Positions 9,389 to 18,083 of a DNA stretch of 64,000 nt are shown in pieces. The stretch is from NCBI GenBank assembly GCA_965214095.1, contig OZ243938.1, positions 1,600,001 to 1,664,000 of the forward strand. Reading direction: 5' to 3'. Below the pieces are notes generated by a model. It ran no database searches. It was given only the letters and a program-made list of their open reading frames with translations, and had not been told where the DNA came from. Position 1 is the stretch's first letter. Every line of letters starts with the position of its first letter. The position numbers were made by a program, and so were the translations under genes. The DNA comes from Candidatus Poribacteria bacterium. Its GTDB lineage: Bacteria; Poribacteria; WGA-4E; WGA-3G.

Positions 9389-11386
9389 GACAGATTAGCA
9401 AGGGGACGGGTGTCGGATATGTCATTTTCAACTGATGGTAAGTATCTTGCCGTCGCAACGCCGATCGGTTGTTGGTTGTATGATAGATTGTCGCTGAAAA
9501 CGATCGCGTTATTTGATACAGAAAGTGGAATGCTTAATACCATTGCCTTTTCACCCGACACCCAGTTCATTGCTACCAGTAATAAAGATGGTGTTTTAAA
9601 GGTATGGGATACACAAACGCTAAAGTGTCTTGCAAAGATAAACCATCGCAAGAATGTAGATGCAGCTTCAGGATATTTTTCGAAGCTCTGCTTTTCTCAA
9701 GATAACCAATACTTAGCCGCATCCTGTTTTGATAAACAAAATGTTGTCTACGCATGGCAACAAAACACTGATAAACCTATGATCTGTTTACCGATTGATG
9801 TAGAAGAAACGAAGGGACACAGCTTTCCCATCTGTTTCTCACCTAATGGGTATCTACTCGCGTATGTGTCTTCTGTATCTCTCCAGAACACTGTAACGAT
9901 TTCCGATATTGAAACCGGTGAACACATCACACATCTTAGCCAATCCTCGGCACTGTCTACATACCGTTTTTCCCCTTGCGGACAATATATAGCAGCTGCT
10001 AATCGGAACAATGAAGTGTTGGTATGGAATGTTCACAACGGCACTTTGGAAACGGAACCAACAGCGTATGATGGAAAGTGGTTAAGCATTGCCTATACAC
10101 CTTATGGCATACTACGCGTTGCCGATATTTACGACTATAAAGTTGTGATTTGGGATGCTATCTCAAAAGAAAAAATAGATACCTTTGAACGCGATAAACC
10201 CAGGTCTGATCATTTTTTAAGCGGACATCATTTACACTTTTCATCCGGTGGCGCACACATCGCAACGATCCTCTCGCGCAGTAAGCTCTGTGTGTGGACG
10301 GTCGGGGCACCATCAAGTAAAGTTTCAAGTCCTGCTGATCATAAACCTGTTGTCCACGCGGTTGCTTTTTCTAAAGACGGAAAGACATTAGCAAGTAGAT
10401 ATGCGTGGGGTATGTATCACGTATTCTGGGATGCTACACAGCGACAAACAGAACAAATATTCCCAACGCCAAATATCCAAGCACAACGCACAGCTCTAAC
10501 TAAAGACCTAACAGAAGAAGAGAAAAAGCAGTGGTACCGTGTCAGTGCCTTGTCACCTTGTAGGGAACGACTGGCACTTCGCGACCTTCCGAGAGGGTCA
10601 GTTGAAATTTGGGATATTGCGTCTGAAACCCTTATTACAGAACTCTCGGACAGTAAGAAATTTAGATCTTGGCGTGAAATGCGTTTTTCACCGACAGGTG
10701 AACGTTTTATCGATACAGCACCGACAGGTGATATTGATGTCTGGGATACACAGTCTGGTGAGAAAGTCAATACACTCGCAGGAGATAACCGACTGATTTT
10801 GACAACTGCGTTTCACCCTGATGGTAAACAACTCGCTGCTGCACCAAAAGGGAGTGCTGGAATGCTTTGGGATATTGACAGCGGTGAACAACTCGGAGTG
10901 TTCCCTACAGAACTGCCAGAAGATACCTCCCTCTATAGAGGCGATCCAGAGCAGATACACCAATATATTCAAAAATATAAAAAAATAATCAAGCAATATA
11001 AGTGTATCCCTTACAAACTCGCCTTCTCTCCTTGTGGCACGATGATCGCCTGTGGGATACAAGATCATATCCGGTTGCGAAATACAGCAACCTTAGAAAC
11101 GCACATGCTTATACTACCACCCGAAACGTGTAGCAGACCGTTTGCACTCACATTTTCCCCCTGCGGAAAATACCTCGTCTCTGGGTCGTGGTGGATAAAG
11201 GGGTTGGACAAAGTATCCATAAGAATATGGGAAGTCGCAACGGGTCAAAATATACACACATTCTGGGGACATACAACAGATGTGCAGGATTTAGCATTTT
11301 CACCGGATGGCAAATATCTCGCAAGTAGCAGTTATGATGGCACCATACTCCTCTGGGATATGAAACCTTTTACCGGTTCAGATTGA
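9302..11386 (+). CDS. WD40 repeat protein (array gene W5)
   Basis: 694 aa; WD blades; paralog of W2 and W0. Confidence 0.9.
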   Translation: MHHIQTYNTNQMKSDNTDVTTWELPEGAIDRLARGRVSDMSFSTDGKYLAVATPIGCWLYDRLSLKTIALFDTESGMLNTIAFSPDTQFIATSNKDGVLKVWDTQTLKCLAKINHRKNVDAASGYFSKLCFSQDNQYLAASCFDKQNVVYAWQQNTDKPMICLPIDVEETKGHSFPICFSPNGYLLAYVSSVSLQNTVTISDIETGEHITHLSQSSALSTYRFSPCGQYIAAANRNNEVLVWNVHNGTLETEPTAYDGKWLSIAYTPYGILRVADIYDYKVVIWDAISKEKIDTFERDKPRSDHFLSGHHLHFSSGGAHIATILSRSKLCVWTVGAPSSKVSSPADHKPVVHAVAFSKDGKTLASRYAWGMYHVFWDATQRQTEQIFPTPNIQAQRTALTKDLTEEEKKQWYRVSALSPCRERLALRDLPRGSVEIWDIASETLITELSDSKKFRSWREMRFSPTGERFIDTAPTGDIDVWDTQSGEKVNTLAGDNRLILTTAFHPDGKQLAAAPKGSAGMLWDIDSGEQLGVFPTELPEDTSLYRGDPEQIHQYIQKYKKIIKQYKCIPYKLAFSPCGTMIACGIQDHIRLRNTATLETHMLILPPETCSRPFALTFSPCGKYLVSGSWWIKGLDKVSIRIWEVATGQNIHTFWGHTTDVQDLAFSPDGKYLASSSYDGTILLWDMKPFTGSD

Positions 11387-11459
11387 GGCACTTCCAATAA
11401 GAATGTGCCAATTGCTTGAAACTGAGATGAATTTCCGCTAAACTTTAGCAGGGAGGATT

Positions 11460-12737
11460 ATGATCATGTCAAACATTTCAGATGAACAATTGGTAGTCGC
11501 CGCGGCAAAAGGTGATACCAATGCAATGGAAAACATAAAAGAAAGAGCAATATTTGGAAAATACGGCATACGCAAATGTCTTAAGAAGATGGGATGTACT
11601 GATAAAGAAATATCTCTGCTGGAACCCAAAATAGTCCAGATTTTGTTGGCTTCCATACCCAAATATGAATTCACTGCTCCGTTTTTTGTATACGGATACC
11701 GTCTTGCGGTAAATTATTCTCTCCAATATAAGGAAAACAGGGAAGTTCTACTGTTTGACAAACGGATACATAAGGAAAAAGCATGCCCAAATACACTGCG
11801 GACATTGAGCGACACTCTTGGAAAACCTAAGCATCCGCCGCTTGAACAAATTGACCTTGAGATTCGGACACTTGTGAGTTTACTGAATCAATCACCTGAC
11901 ATTAAAACATCCGGTTCCTCTTGTAGTGGACATCCAGATCAGGAAGAATGGAAAAACGGGAAATGGTCTCAATTTGGAGGATATATTGGGATCATACCAA
12001 TGAGTTCCCCGGACAAGGCATTGGATTTTCTCAACGGTATACTGAAGAAGTTAGATAATTCTAACACACAGACCAAGAATAGATTTTTACCAGCAGACCT
12101 ACAGCAAACAAAGAGTACACTGAATGAAAACATCACTTTCACTGACGCAATTCGCGCACGATACAAGCAAGTAGACGCTGAGGATTTGTTCTGCTCAGAT
12201 GCCCCCGTTGTCTTGATAAACGTTTCATTCCGTTTTTATGTGTGCCATAGCCATGCAAAGCATTCTTTAGAAATCTGGAAACAACTCATCGCGCGTATAA
12301 AAGAGTTGATCCCAGAAGACAGGGAGCTTACTGCTGAAGTTGACACGCCAGAGAAGGCAATGCAGCTATTGCAAAAAGCATTACACCGGTTACCCTTCCT
12401 ATTTAGTGCCACACTTACGACAAGTCAGGAAGGATATCCCGGAATAGTCTTGACTACTGTAGCAGACCTCGCTTTATTACAGTGGTTTTCAACATTAGCC
12501 GATAGGCTGCATGAATGTCTTGATAATGCAGGATATGTAAGTTCTCGCTATACAGAAGATGAAATACCATATGCTGAAAAGTGGTCTTTCACGTTGAGAC
12601 CATTTCTAAACCAAGAATGCATACCGTTACCGCATCTGTTAGCACCGCAGTGGGAACCACGCACTCGTGAAGACCATCTGAAGATTTGGAAACTCCTTGA
12701 GTTAACAGTGGCAGAACAAGTTGAATGTGAAATTTAG
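11460..12737 (+). CDS. Hypothetical protein: degenerate ECF sigma region-2-like N-terminus + TYW3-like (SCSGH) domain
   Basis: SDEQLVVAAAKGDTNAME...F.VYGYRLAVNYSLQY resembles ECF sigma regions 1.2/2; IDLEIRTLVSLLNQSPDIKTSGSSCSGH resembles the TYW3 N-terminal motif; start may be ATG 11466. Confidence 0.75.
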   Translation: MIMSNISDEQLVVAAAKGDTNAMENIKERAIFGKYGIRKCLKKMGCTDKEISLLEPKIVQILLASIPKYEFTAPFFVYGYRLAVNYSLQYKENREVLLFDKRIHKEKACPNTLRTLSDTLGKPKHPPLEQIDLEIRTLVSLLNQSPDIKTSGSSCSGHPDQEEWKNGKWSQFGGYIGIIPMSSPDKALDFLNGILKKLDNSNTQTKNRFLPADLQQTKSTLNENITFTDAIRARYKQVDAEDLFCSDAPVVLINVSFRFYVCHSHAKHSLEIWKQLIARIKELIPEDRELTAEVDTPEKAMQLLQKALHRLPFLFSATLTTSQEGYPGIVLTTVADLALLQWFSTLADRLHECLDNAGYVSSRYTEDEIPYAEKWSFTLRPFLNQECIPLPHLLAPQWEPRTREDHLKIWKLLELTVAEQVECEI

Positions 12738-12861
12738 AGCATTTACCAGTAATCTATATTAAAATGTAATAAGTAAACACCTCGCTATAGAAAATGAAGA
12801 CTAAAAACATTTTGGGGTGATCCACTCAACAATCGTCAAATTGACATTTAGGAGGATTTTT

Positions 12862-14139
12862 ATGTTGTCAAACATTTCAGAGCAAAGATTGATAGTTGCA
12901 GCGGTGAAAGAAGGTGATTCCAATGCATTGGAAGAACTAAAAGAACGTCTAATTTCTGGACAATACGGTATACGCCCTATAATTAATAGAATTCCATGTG
13001 CAGATGCCGACAGAAAAATACTTGAACAACATATTGTGGAGAATATCATCAATGATTTGCATGCACATGGGTTCAGAGGGTCTATCCAGACATCTGGATT
13101 CCGTCTCGCTACCCATTTTGCTATCCAATATAGGAATAATAACGACTTTAGACTTTCTGACCTAGACAGTCCGAAAGAGAAAGTAGTGCTGACTGCAAAC
13201 AATGATCCTGAAGAACCTAAGCACCCTCCACTGGAGGAAATTGACCTTGAGATTCGGACACTTGTGAGTTTACTGAATCAATCACCTGATATTAAAACAT
13301 CCGGTTCTTGTAGTGGACATCCACAATGGCAACCCGATAAATGGACTCAGTATGGAGGCTATCTTGGGATCAGACCTATCAGTTCTCCGCGTAAAACTTT
13401 AGATTTTCTTGTTGGTATGCTGATGCAGTTAGATAATACAGGCACGCCAACCAATAATGCATACTTGCCAGCTGCGCTGCAAGTAGAGGATAGCACACGG
13501 AATGATAACACCATTTCTGTCGAAGCAATTCGTGAGCGATATAAGCAAGCTGACGCGGAGAATTTATACTGTTCCGGTGCGCCTATTGTCCTTATAGGTG
13601 TTTATTTTCGTTTCTATGTTTGTCATCGTGAAGAAAGCCACTCTTTAGAAATCTGGAAACAACTCATCGCACGTATAAAAGAGTTGATCCCAGAAGACGG
13701 AGAGCTTACTGCCGAAGTTGACACGCCAGAGATGGCAATGCAGCTATTACAAAAAGCATTACACCGGTTACCCTTCCTATTTAGTGCCACACTTACGACA
13801 AGTCAGGAAGGATATCCCGGTATTATCTTGCACACAGTAGCAGACCTTTCATTATTCCAATGGTTTTGTGCATTAACCGACAAACTACATGAGCAGCTTG
13901 GCAAAGCAGGATATGTAAGTTCTCGCGATACAGAAGATGAAATACCATATGCTGAAAAGTGGTCTTTCACGTTGAGACCATTTCTAAATCAAGAATGCAT
14001 ACCGTTACCGCATCTGTTAGCGCCGCAGTGGGAACCACGCACTCGTGAAGACCATCTGAAGATTTGGAAACTCCTTGAGTTGGCAGTTGCAGAACAACTT
14101 AAGTCTGAGGGTATTACATTAAAAACTGAAAATACGTAG
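12862..14139 (+). CDS. Paralog of 11460..12737 (sigma-2-like + SCSGH domain)
   Basis: ATG 12862 after AGGAGG; SEQRLIVAAVKEGDSNALEEL...GFRLATHFAIQY; KTSGSCSGH; C-terminal third nearly identical to the upstream paralog. Confidence 0.75.
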   Translation: MLSNISEQRLIVAAVKEGDSNALEELKERLISGQYGIRPIINRIPCADADRKILEQHIVENIINDLHAHGFRGSIQTSGFRLATHFAIQYRNNNDFRLSDLDSPKEKVVLTANNDPEEPKHPPLEEIDLEIRTLVSLLNQSPDIKTSGSCSGHPQWQPDKWTQYGGYLGIRPISSPRKTLDFLVGMLMQLDNTGTPTNNAYLPAALQVEDSTRNDNTISVEAIRERYKQADAENLYCSGAPIVLIGVYFRFYVCHREESHSLEIWKQLIARIKELIPEDGELTAEVDTPEMAMQLLQKALHRLPFLFSATLTTSQEGYPGIILHTVADLSLFQWFCALTDKLHEQLGKAGYVSSRDTEDEIPYAEKWSFTLRPFLNQECIPLPHLLAPQWEPRTREDHLKIWKLLELAVAEQLKSEGITLKTENT

Positions 14140-14157
14140 TGTATCTCATAAATCATT

Positions 14158-14229
14158 ATAGGACGAGGTTTTGTGCTTCATCCTATCCTGGGAAAAAGAC
14201 AATGGACGGGCACAGAGACTCGCCTCTAC
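14158..14229. repeat. Inverted pair of GTAG-type REP-like palindromes (REPIN-like)
   Basis: ataggacgaggttttgtgcttcatcc ... ggacgggcacagagactcgcctctac; similar to gtagggcaaggtctctgtgccttggcc at 37688. Confidence 0.55.
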
Positions 14230-14285
14230 GATTTAAGGTAATGTGGTATTATTTCATTTCAAACTGTTTTTATGGTGTGTTTAAT

Positions 14286-16169
14286 ATGCAAAACAAAGAT
14301 TTCACACAGAACTATCCTGAAGAAAACCTTATCTCTTTACCATCCGAGGCGATCGCTCGATTCGGTAGGGGTGATGTAGAAGGTACTGCCATCTCCCCCG
14401 ATGGAAATATGATTGCAGTAGCATCCCGTATTGGTTTGTGGATTTATAATGCTCATACTGAAGATTTCATAAGGCTAATTGCGGTAGAAGGCACAGGTCT
14501 ACTTTCAAGGGTTACTTTTTCTCCAGATAGCACACAGGTTGCTACAGGCGATTGGGATGGCATTGCATCACTATGGGATGTTTCTACTGGAGCAAAACTC
14601 GCAACCTTCAAGAATAAAGATTATGTCATTTCCATTGCTTTTTCTCCAGATGGAAAATCCTTGGCAACTGGAACACGGGATGGTAAAGCAACACTGTGGG
14701 ATATTAACACTGGTAATGAACGTTGGTCGATTTCTCACAAAGATTATGTCACTTCCGTTGCTTTTTCTCCAGACGGTTTACTTTTAGCAACAGGTAGTCG
14801 GGATAGTACATCAAATCTATGTGATGTTGAGAATGGAGAAGTTCAACGGTGTTTCACCCATCAGAAACATAGTGTAGATATTGAATTAGATACCGGGTTC
14901 GTTGAGACCTTTAACAATCTCGGAATCAATTGCATTGCCTTTTCTCCAAATGGACGATATTTTGCCACAGGTGACCGTATCGGAGCTGATATAAAGGGTG
15001 TTACAACATTGTGGGATATTGAAAGCGGGGAGGCTGTGTGGGAATTTGCCCATGAGGACTCTGCGACATCAATTGCTTTTTCAACAGACAATAAATACAT
15101 GGCAACTCGCTTTTCCAATGGAGACACCGATGTTCGTCATATTGCCGATTGCACAACGGCATCAATTCAAGAAGGAAATTGGGCAAAACAGAAAAAGAAA
15201 CCGCCAGCAAGTCATCCACGAGGATTATACGGCTGGCTCGTTAACTTTTCACCAGACGGAAAGCACTTGGCTGCCGTAACACAAATGTCTTCCCTTAAGA
15301 TATGGGATTTAGCATCTGGGATAAACATCAAGACAATTGACCAAGATATTGGACAAGCAGAAGCACTATCTTATGCACACGATGGATATTGCTTTGGAGT
15401 GAGCCGATCATCCAAAGGTGAGACCTCTTGGAATTGTGCGACCTTTTGGAAAGATCAGGAACAAAATATTGACTTTCGGCCTGAAGATCCAAATGCAGAC
15501 ATTTTATCCGCCGCTGTTTCACCTGATACCGAAATTGTGGCTACAGGAGGAGATGATAAAAAAGTTTATTTATGGGATAGAGCAACACAAAAATTGGTTA
15601 ACACACTTTCTGGACATACTGGACCAATAATTAACCTTGCATTCTCCCCTAATGGCACACACTTAGTAAGCACAGGAGGCATTGAAGTGGAAAGACAAGA
15701 AAAAGATGGAACCGTGTATTCTTACCCACTGGAGGATGGTGCGGCAGATCAGACAGCAAGAGTTTGGCATATTGAAACAGGTACTGAGGTCGCAACGCTC
15801 ACGCATCGCTTCAAAGTTGAGACGCTTGTTTTCTCACCAGATAGTACTTGCCTTGCAACTGCCTCTGGGGAAGATGTCCATCTGTGGGATACTAAGACGT
15901 GGCTGAAAATTGTAACACTTGAGACAGTAAGAGTTGAGTCGCTCGGATTTTCGGCGGATGGTTCGCTACTTGCCGTTGGTGGTACAGGACGGAAGCCAAA
16001 GATACAGATATGGAATGTGAAAACAGCACAACTGATTGTAGAATTCTCTGGTCACAAGAGTGATGTGGAATCTGTTGCCTTCTCACCAGATGGCACACTA
16101 TTGGCAAGCGGAGGTTTTGATAGTGTCATCTACTTATGGGATATGAAATCTATTACAGAATTAGATTGA
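14286..16169 (+). CDS. WD40 repeat protein (array gene W6, divergent)
   Basis: ORF 14139..16169; probable ATG 14286; LPSEAIARFGRG leader; canonical FSPDG..WD repeats. Confidence 0.9.
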   Translation: MQNKDFTQNYPEENLISLPSEAIARFGRGDVEGTAISPDGNMIAVASRIGLWIYNAHTEDFIRLIAVEGTGLLSRVTFSPDSTQVATGDWDGIASLWDVSTGAKLATFKNKDYVISIAFSPDGKSLATGTRDGKATLWDINTGNERWSISHKDYVTSVAFSPDGLLLATGSRDSTSNLCDVENGEVQRCFTHQKHSVDIELDTGFVETFNNLGINCIAFSPNGRYFATGDRIGADIKGVTTLWDIESGEAVWEFAHEDSATSIAFSTDNKYMATRFSNGDTDVRHIADCTTASIQEGNWAKQKKKPPASHPRGLYGWLVNFSPDGKHLAAVTQMSSLKIWDLASGINIKTIDQDIGQAEALSYAHDGYCFGVSRSSKGETSWNCATFWKDQEQNIDFRPEDPNADILSAAVSPDTEIVATGGDDKKVYLWDRATQKLVNTLSGHTGPIINLAFSPNGTHLVSTGGIEVERQEKDGTVYSYPLEDGAADQTARVWHIETGTEVATLTHRFKVETLVFSPDSTCLATASGEDVHLWDTKTWLKIVTLETVRVESLGFSADGSLLAVGGTGRKPKIQIWNVKTAQLIVEFSGHKSDVESVAFSPDGTLLASGGFDSVIYLWDMKSITELD

Positions 16170-16407
16170 AGACACCTCCAATCAGAATGCAATAGGGGGT
16201 AATGTCAATAATTTCAGATGAAGGGCATTAGTTAACAATCTCACTGCTTTAACTGTGAGTCAATGAAATTCAGAGGCATTCAATTGTCAATATTCTCTAT
16301 CGTGGGAGGGGTTTCAAACCCCGATTTAACAACAAAATCAGTCGTCCTCACGCAATTCACATTGCTTTCTATTGCTATAAATGAGGTATTATGATAAATT
16401 GAAGTAA

Positions 16408-16541
16408 TCCCATTTCTAAAAAATGAAAATTCATTGTGAAATTATCGGTTCAAGCAGAGTTGAAGAATGTCCGAGGCGCAATGAATTGAACGACTACAAA
16501 CGCGTTTTTTGTGAATGACAAGCGATCAATTAGGAATGGGA
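16408..16541. repeat. Putative ~135 bp MITE with internal GTAG-REP core
   Basis: tcccatttctaa (16408) / ttaggaatggga (16530-16541) inverted ends; core gaatgtccgaggcgcaatgaattgaacgactac also at 28080. Confidence 0.45.
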
Positions 16542-16883
16542 AAATAGAAGATTTTGACATACTCACCGAGTTAAAACTCCGGTGATTCTTTTGAAAGAAT
16601 CACACAAGCAATTGTGGTATCAACGACCTTGTTTAGAAAACCTAATAGGCATTCCAGTGACAAAGCCTACTCCAACAGTTGATGTCCCAACTGCACCTCC
16701 AAAGGAGGTCTTAAGAAACATTTTCACGTGTGAATATCAACGGGATGAGTTTTGAAACTTCTTTCCCTAACACGCAACAGATGTTTTGAAAACTTTAGCA
16801 GTATTGAATAGCAAAGCTTTTACGTGATTGTTTCACTGCTTAGCTATCTGCCGTAGCATCAATCACAACCAATGCCGATTGCT
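16535..16883 (-). ncRNA. Candidate stand-alone omegaRNA-like transcript (boundaries approximate)
   Basis: Downstream of TTGCCT-17-TATAAT; hairpins acctcctttggaggt, gcagttgggacatcaactgt, taggc..gccta resemble tnpB 3' omegaRNA scaffolds; ends at TCAA plus flank. Confidence 0.5.
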
Positions 16884-16995
16884 AAAGATATTATATTAGT
16901 TTTTAGATTAAAAGGCAAGTTTTTTCTTGACACACAATAGGAGTGGTGTCTACATCCCCGTGCTAAAGCAACGGGGTCTTGACACCGAAGATATG
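16554..16995 (-). mobile_element. Non-autonomous IS200/IS605-family element (no tnpA/tnpB) with omegaRNA-like right end
   Basis: Minus strand: TTAT target, left-end hairpin ggtgtc..accccgttgctttagcacgggga..gacacc, right end GAATCACCGGAGTTTTAACTCGGTGAGTATGTCAA; ends match the IS609-like TTAT/TCAA pattern. Confidence 0.75.
16890..16918 (-). promoter_or_regulatory. Sigma70 promoter inside the IS605-like element
   Basis: Minus strand TTGCCT-N17-TATAAT. Confidence 0.6.
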
Positions 16996-17018
16996 ATAAA
17001 GTTTGAAGGAGATAAATA

Positions 17019-18062
17019 TTGATGTTAAATTGGGGTGTGATTGGACCTGGTGGTATTGCACGCGTATTCTGCAATGGTATGCGATTTACGGATACTGGAC
17101 AGATTTTTGCAGTTGCGAGCCGTACTAAATCACGTGCAGAGAGTTTTGCAGATATTTTTGATATACCACGTCGTTATGGGAGTTATGAAGCACTGTTAGC
17201 TGATGGAGATATTGATGCAGTTTATGTTGCGACTATTCACCCACATCACGCGGAGTGGGTAATTAAAGCCGCTGAGGCAAAGAAGCATATTTTGGTTGAG
17301 AAACCAATTAGTATTGATCATGCGACCGCTTCAACGATGGTGGACGCTGCCCGTAAGAATGATGTGTTCTTGATGGAAGCGTTTATGTATCGTTGCCATC
17401 CGCAGATACAACGCATGGCTGAGTTGATTCAGGACGATGCAATCGGTGAGGTGCGTTTCGTTCAAGCGACATTTGGGTTTCAAGCAGGTTTCAATCCAGA
17501 AGGTCGCCTTTTCAATCGTGAAATGGGTGGTGGTGGAATTCTTGATATTGGATGTTATACTGCCTCAATAGCTCGTAAAGTTGCTGGTGCGGCTGTGGGT
17601 AAACTGTTCTTAGATCCGATTTCAGTAAAGGCGCATGGGAAGATTGGACCGACGGGTGTTGATCACATTGCAGCGGCGACACTGAAATTTGAGAATGAAA
17701 TTATTGCTGAGATCGTCTGTGCTGTTGAATGTAACATCGGTAGTAAAGTTATTATCTACGGTTCTGGTGGGACAATTACGATTCCAAGTCCTTGGCTGCC
17801 ATCTTCACCGTGTCGTGGTGCGAGCGGTGCAATGCCTTTAGATACAACCTTCCCACCAAGTATACTTGTTTTGAACTCCTATCAAGATAGAGAAACAACG
17901 GAGATATCCGTTGAAGTAGACCGTGACCTATTTACCTATGAAGCAGATATGGTAGCAAACCATATTTCTGATCGACAAGCACCTGCGATGTCTTGGGATG
18001 ACACATTAGGAAATATGAAGGTGTTAGATGCTTGGCGTGCAGAGATAGGCGTTGTTTATTGA
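17019..18062 (+). CDS. Gfo/Idh/MocA family oxidoreductase
   Basis: WGVIGPGGIA, VEKP, GGGGILDIGCY motifs. Confidence 0.9.
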   Translation: MMLNWGVIGPGGIARVFCNGMRFTDTGQIFAVASRTKSRAESFADIFDIPRRYGSYEALLADGDIDAVYVATIHPHHAEWVIKAAEAKKHILVEKPISIDHATASTMVDAARKNDVFLMEAFMYRCHPQIQRMAELIQDDAIGEVRFVQATFGFQAGFNPEGRLFNREMGGGGILDIGCYTASIARKVAGAAVGKLFLDPISVKAHGKIGPTGVDHIAAATLKFENEIIAEIVCAVECNIGSKVIIYGSGGTITIPSPWLPSSPCRGASGAMPLDTTFPPSILVLNSYQDRETTEISVEVDRDLFTYEADMVANHISDRQAPAMSWDDTLGNMKVLDAWRAEIGVVY

Positions 18063-18083
18063 ACAAATTGAGGACAAGATACT

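Noticed and set aside
644-11068. Repeated antisense ORFs inside the WD40 genes (e.g. 5644..6279, 7891..8484)
   Set aside because: Shadow frames whose recurrence is explained by paralogy of the sense genes.
11460-14139. Calling these functional ECF sigma factors or TYW3 orthologs
   Set aside because: No region 4 and a degenerate core-binding motif; only the first TYW3-like motif is recognisable.
16859-17074. 71 aa ORF as transposase or TnpB remnant
   Set aside because: No HUH, RuvC or zinc-finger motif; it crosses the element end and the neighbouring gene.
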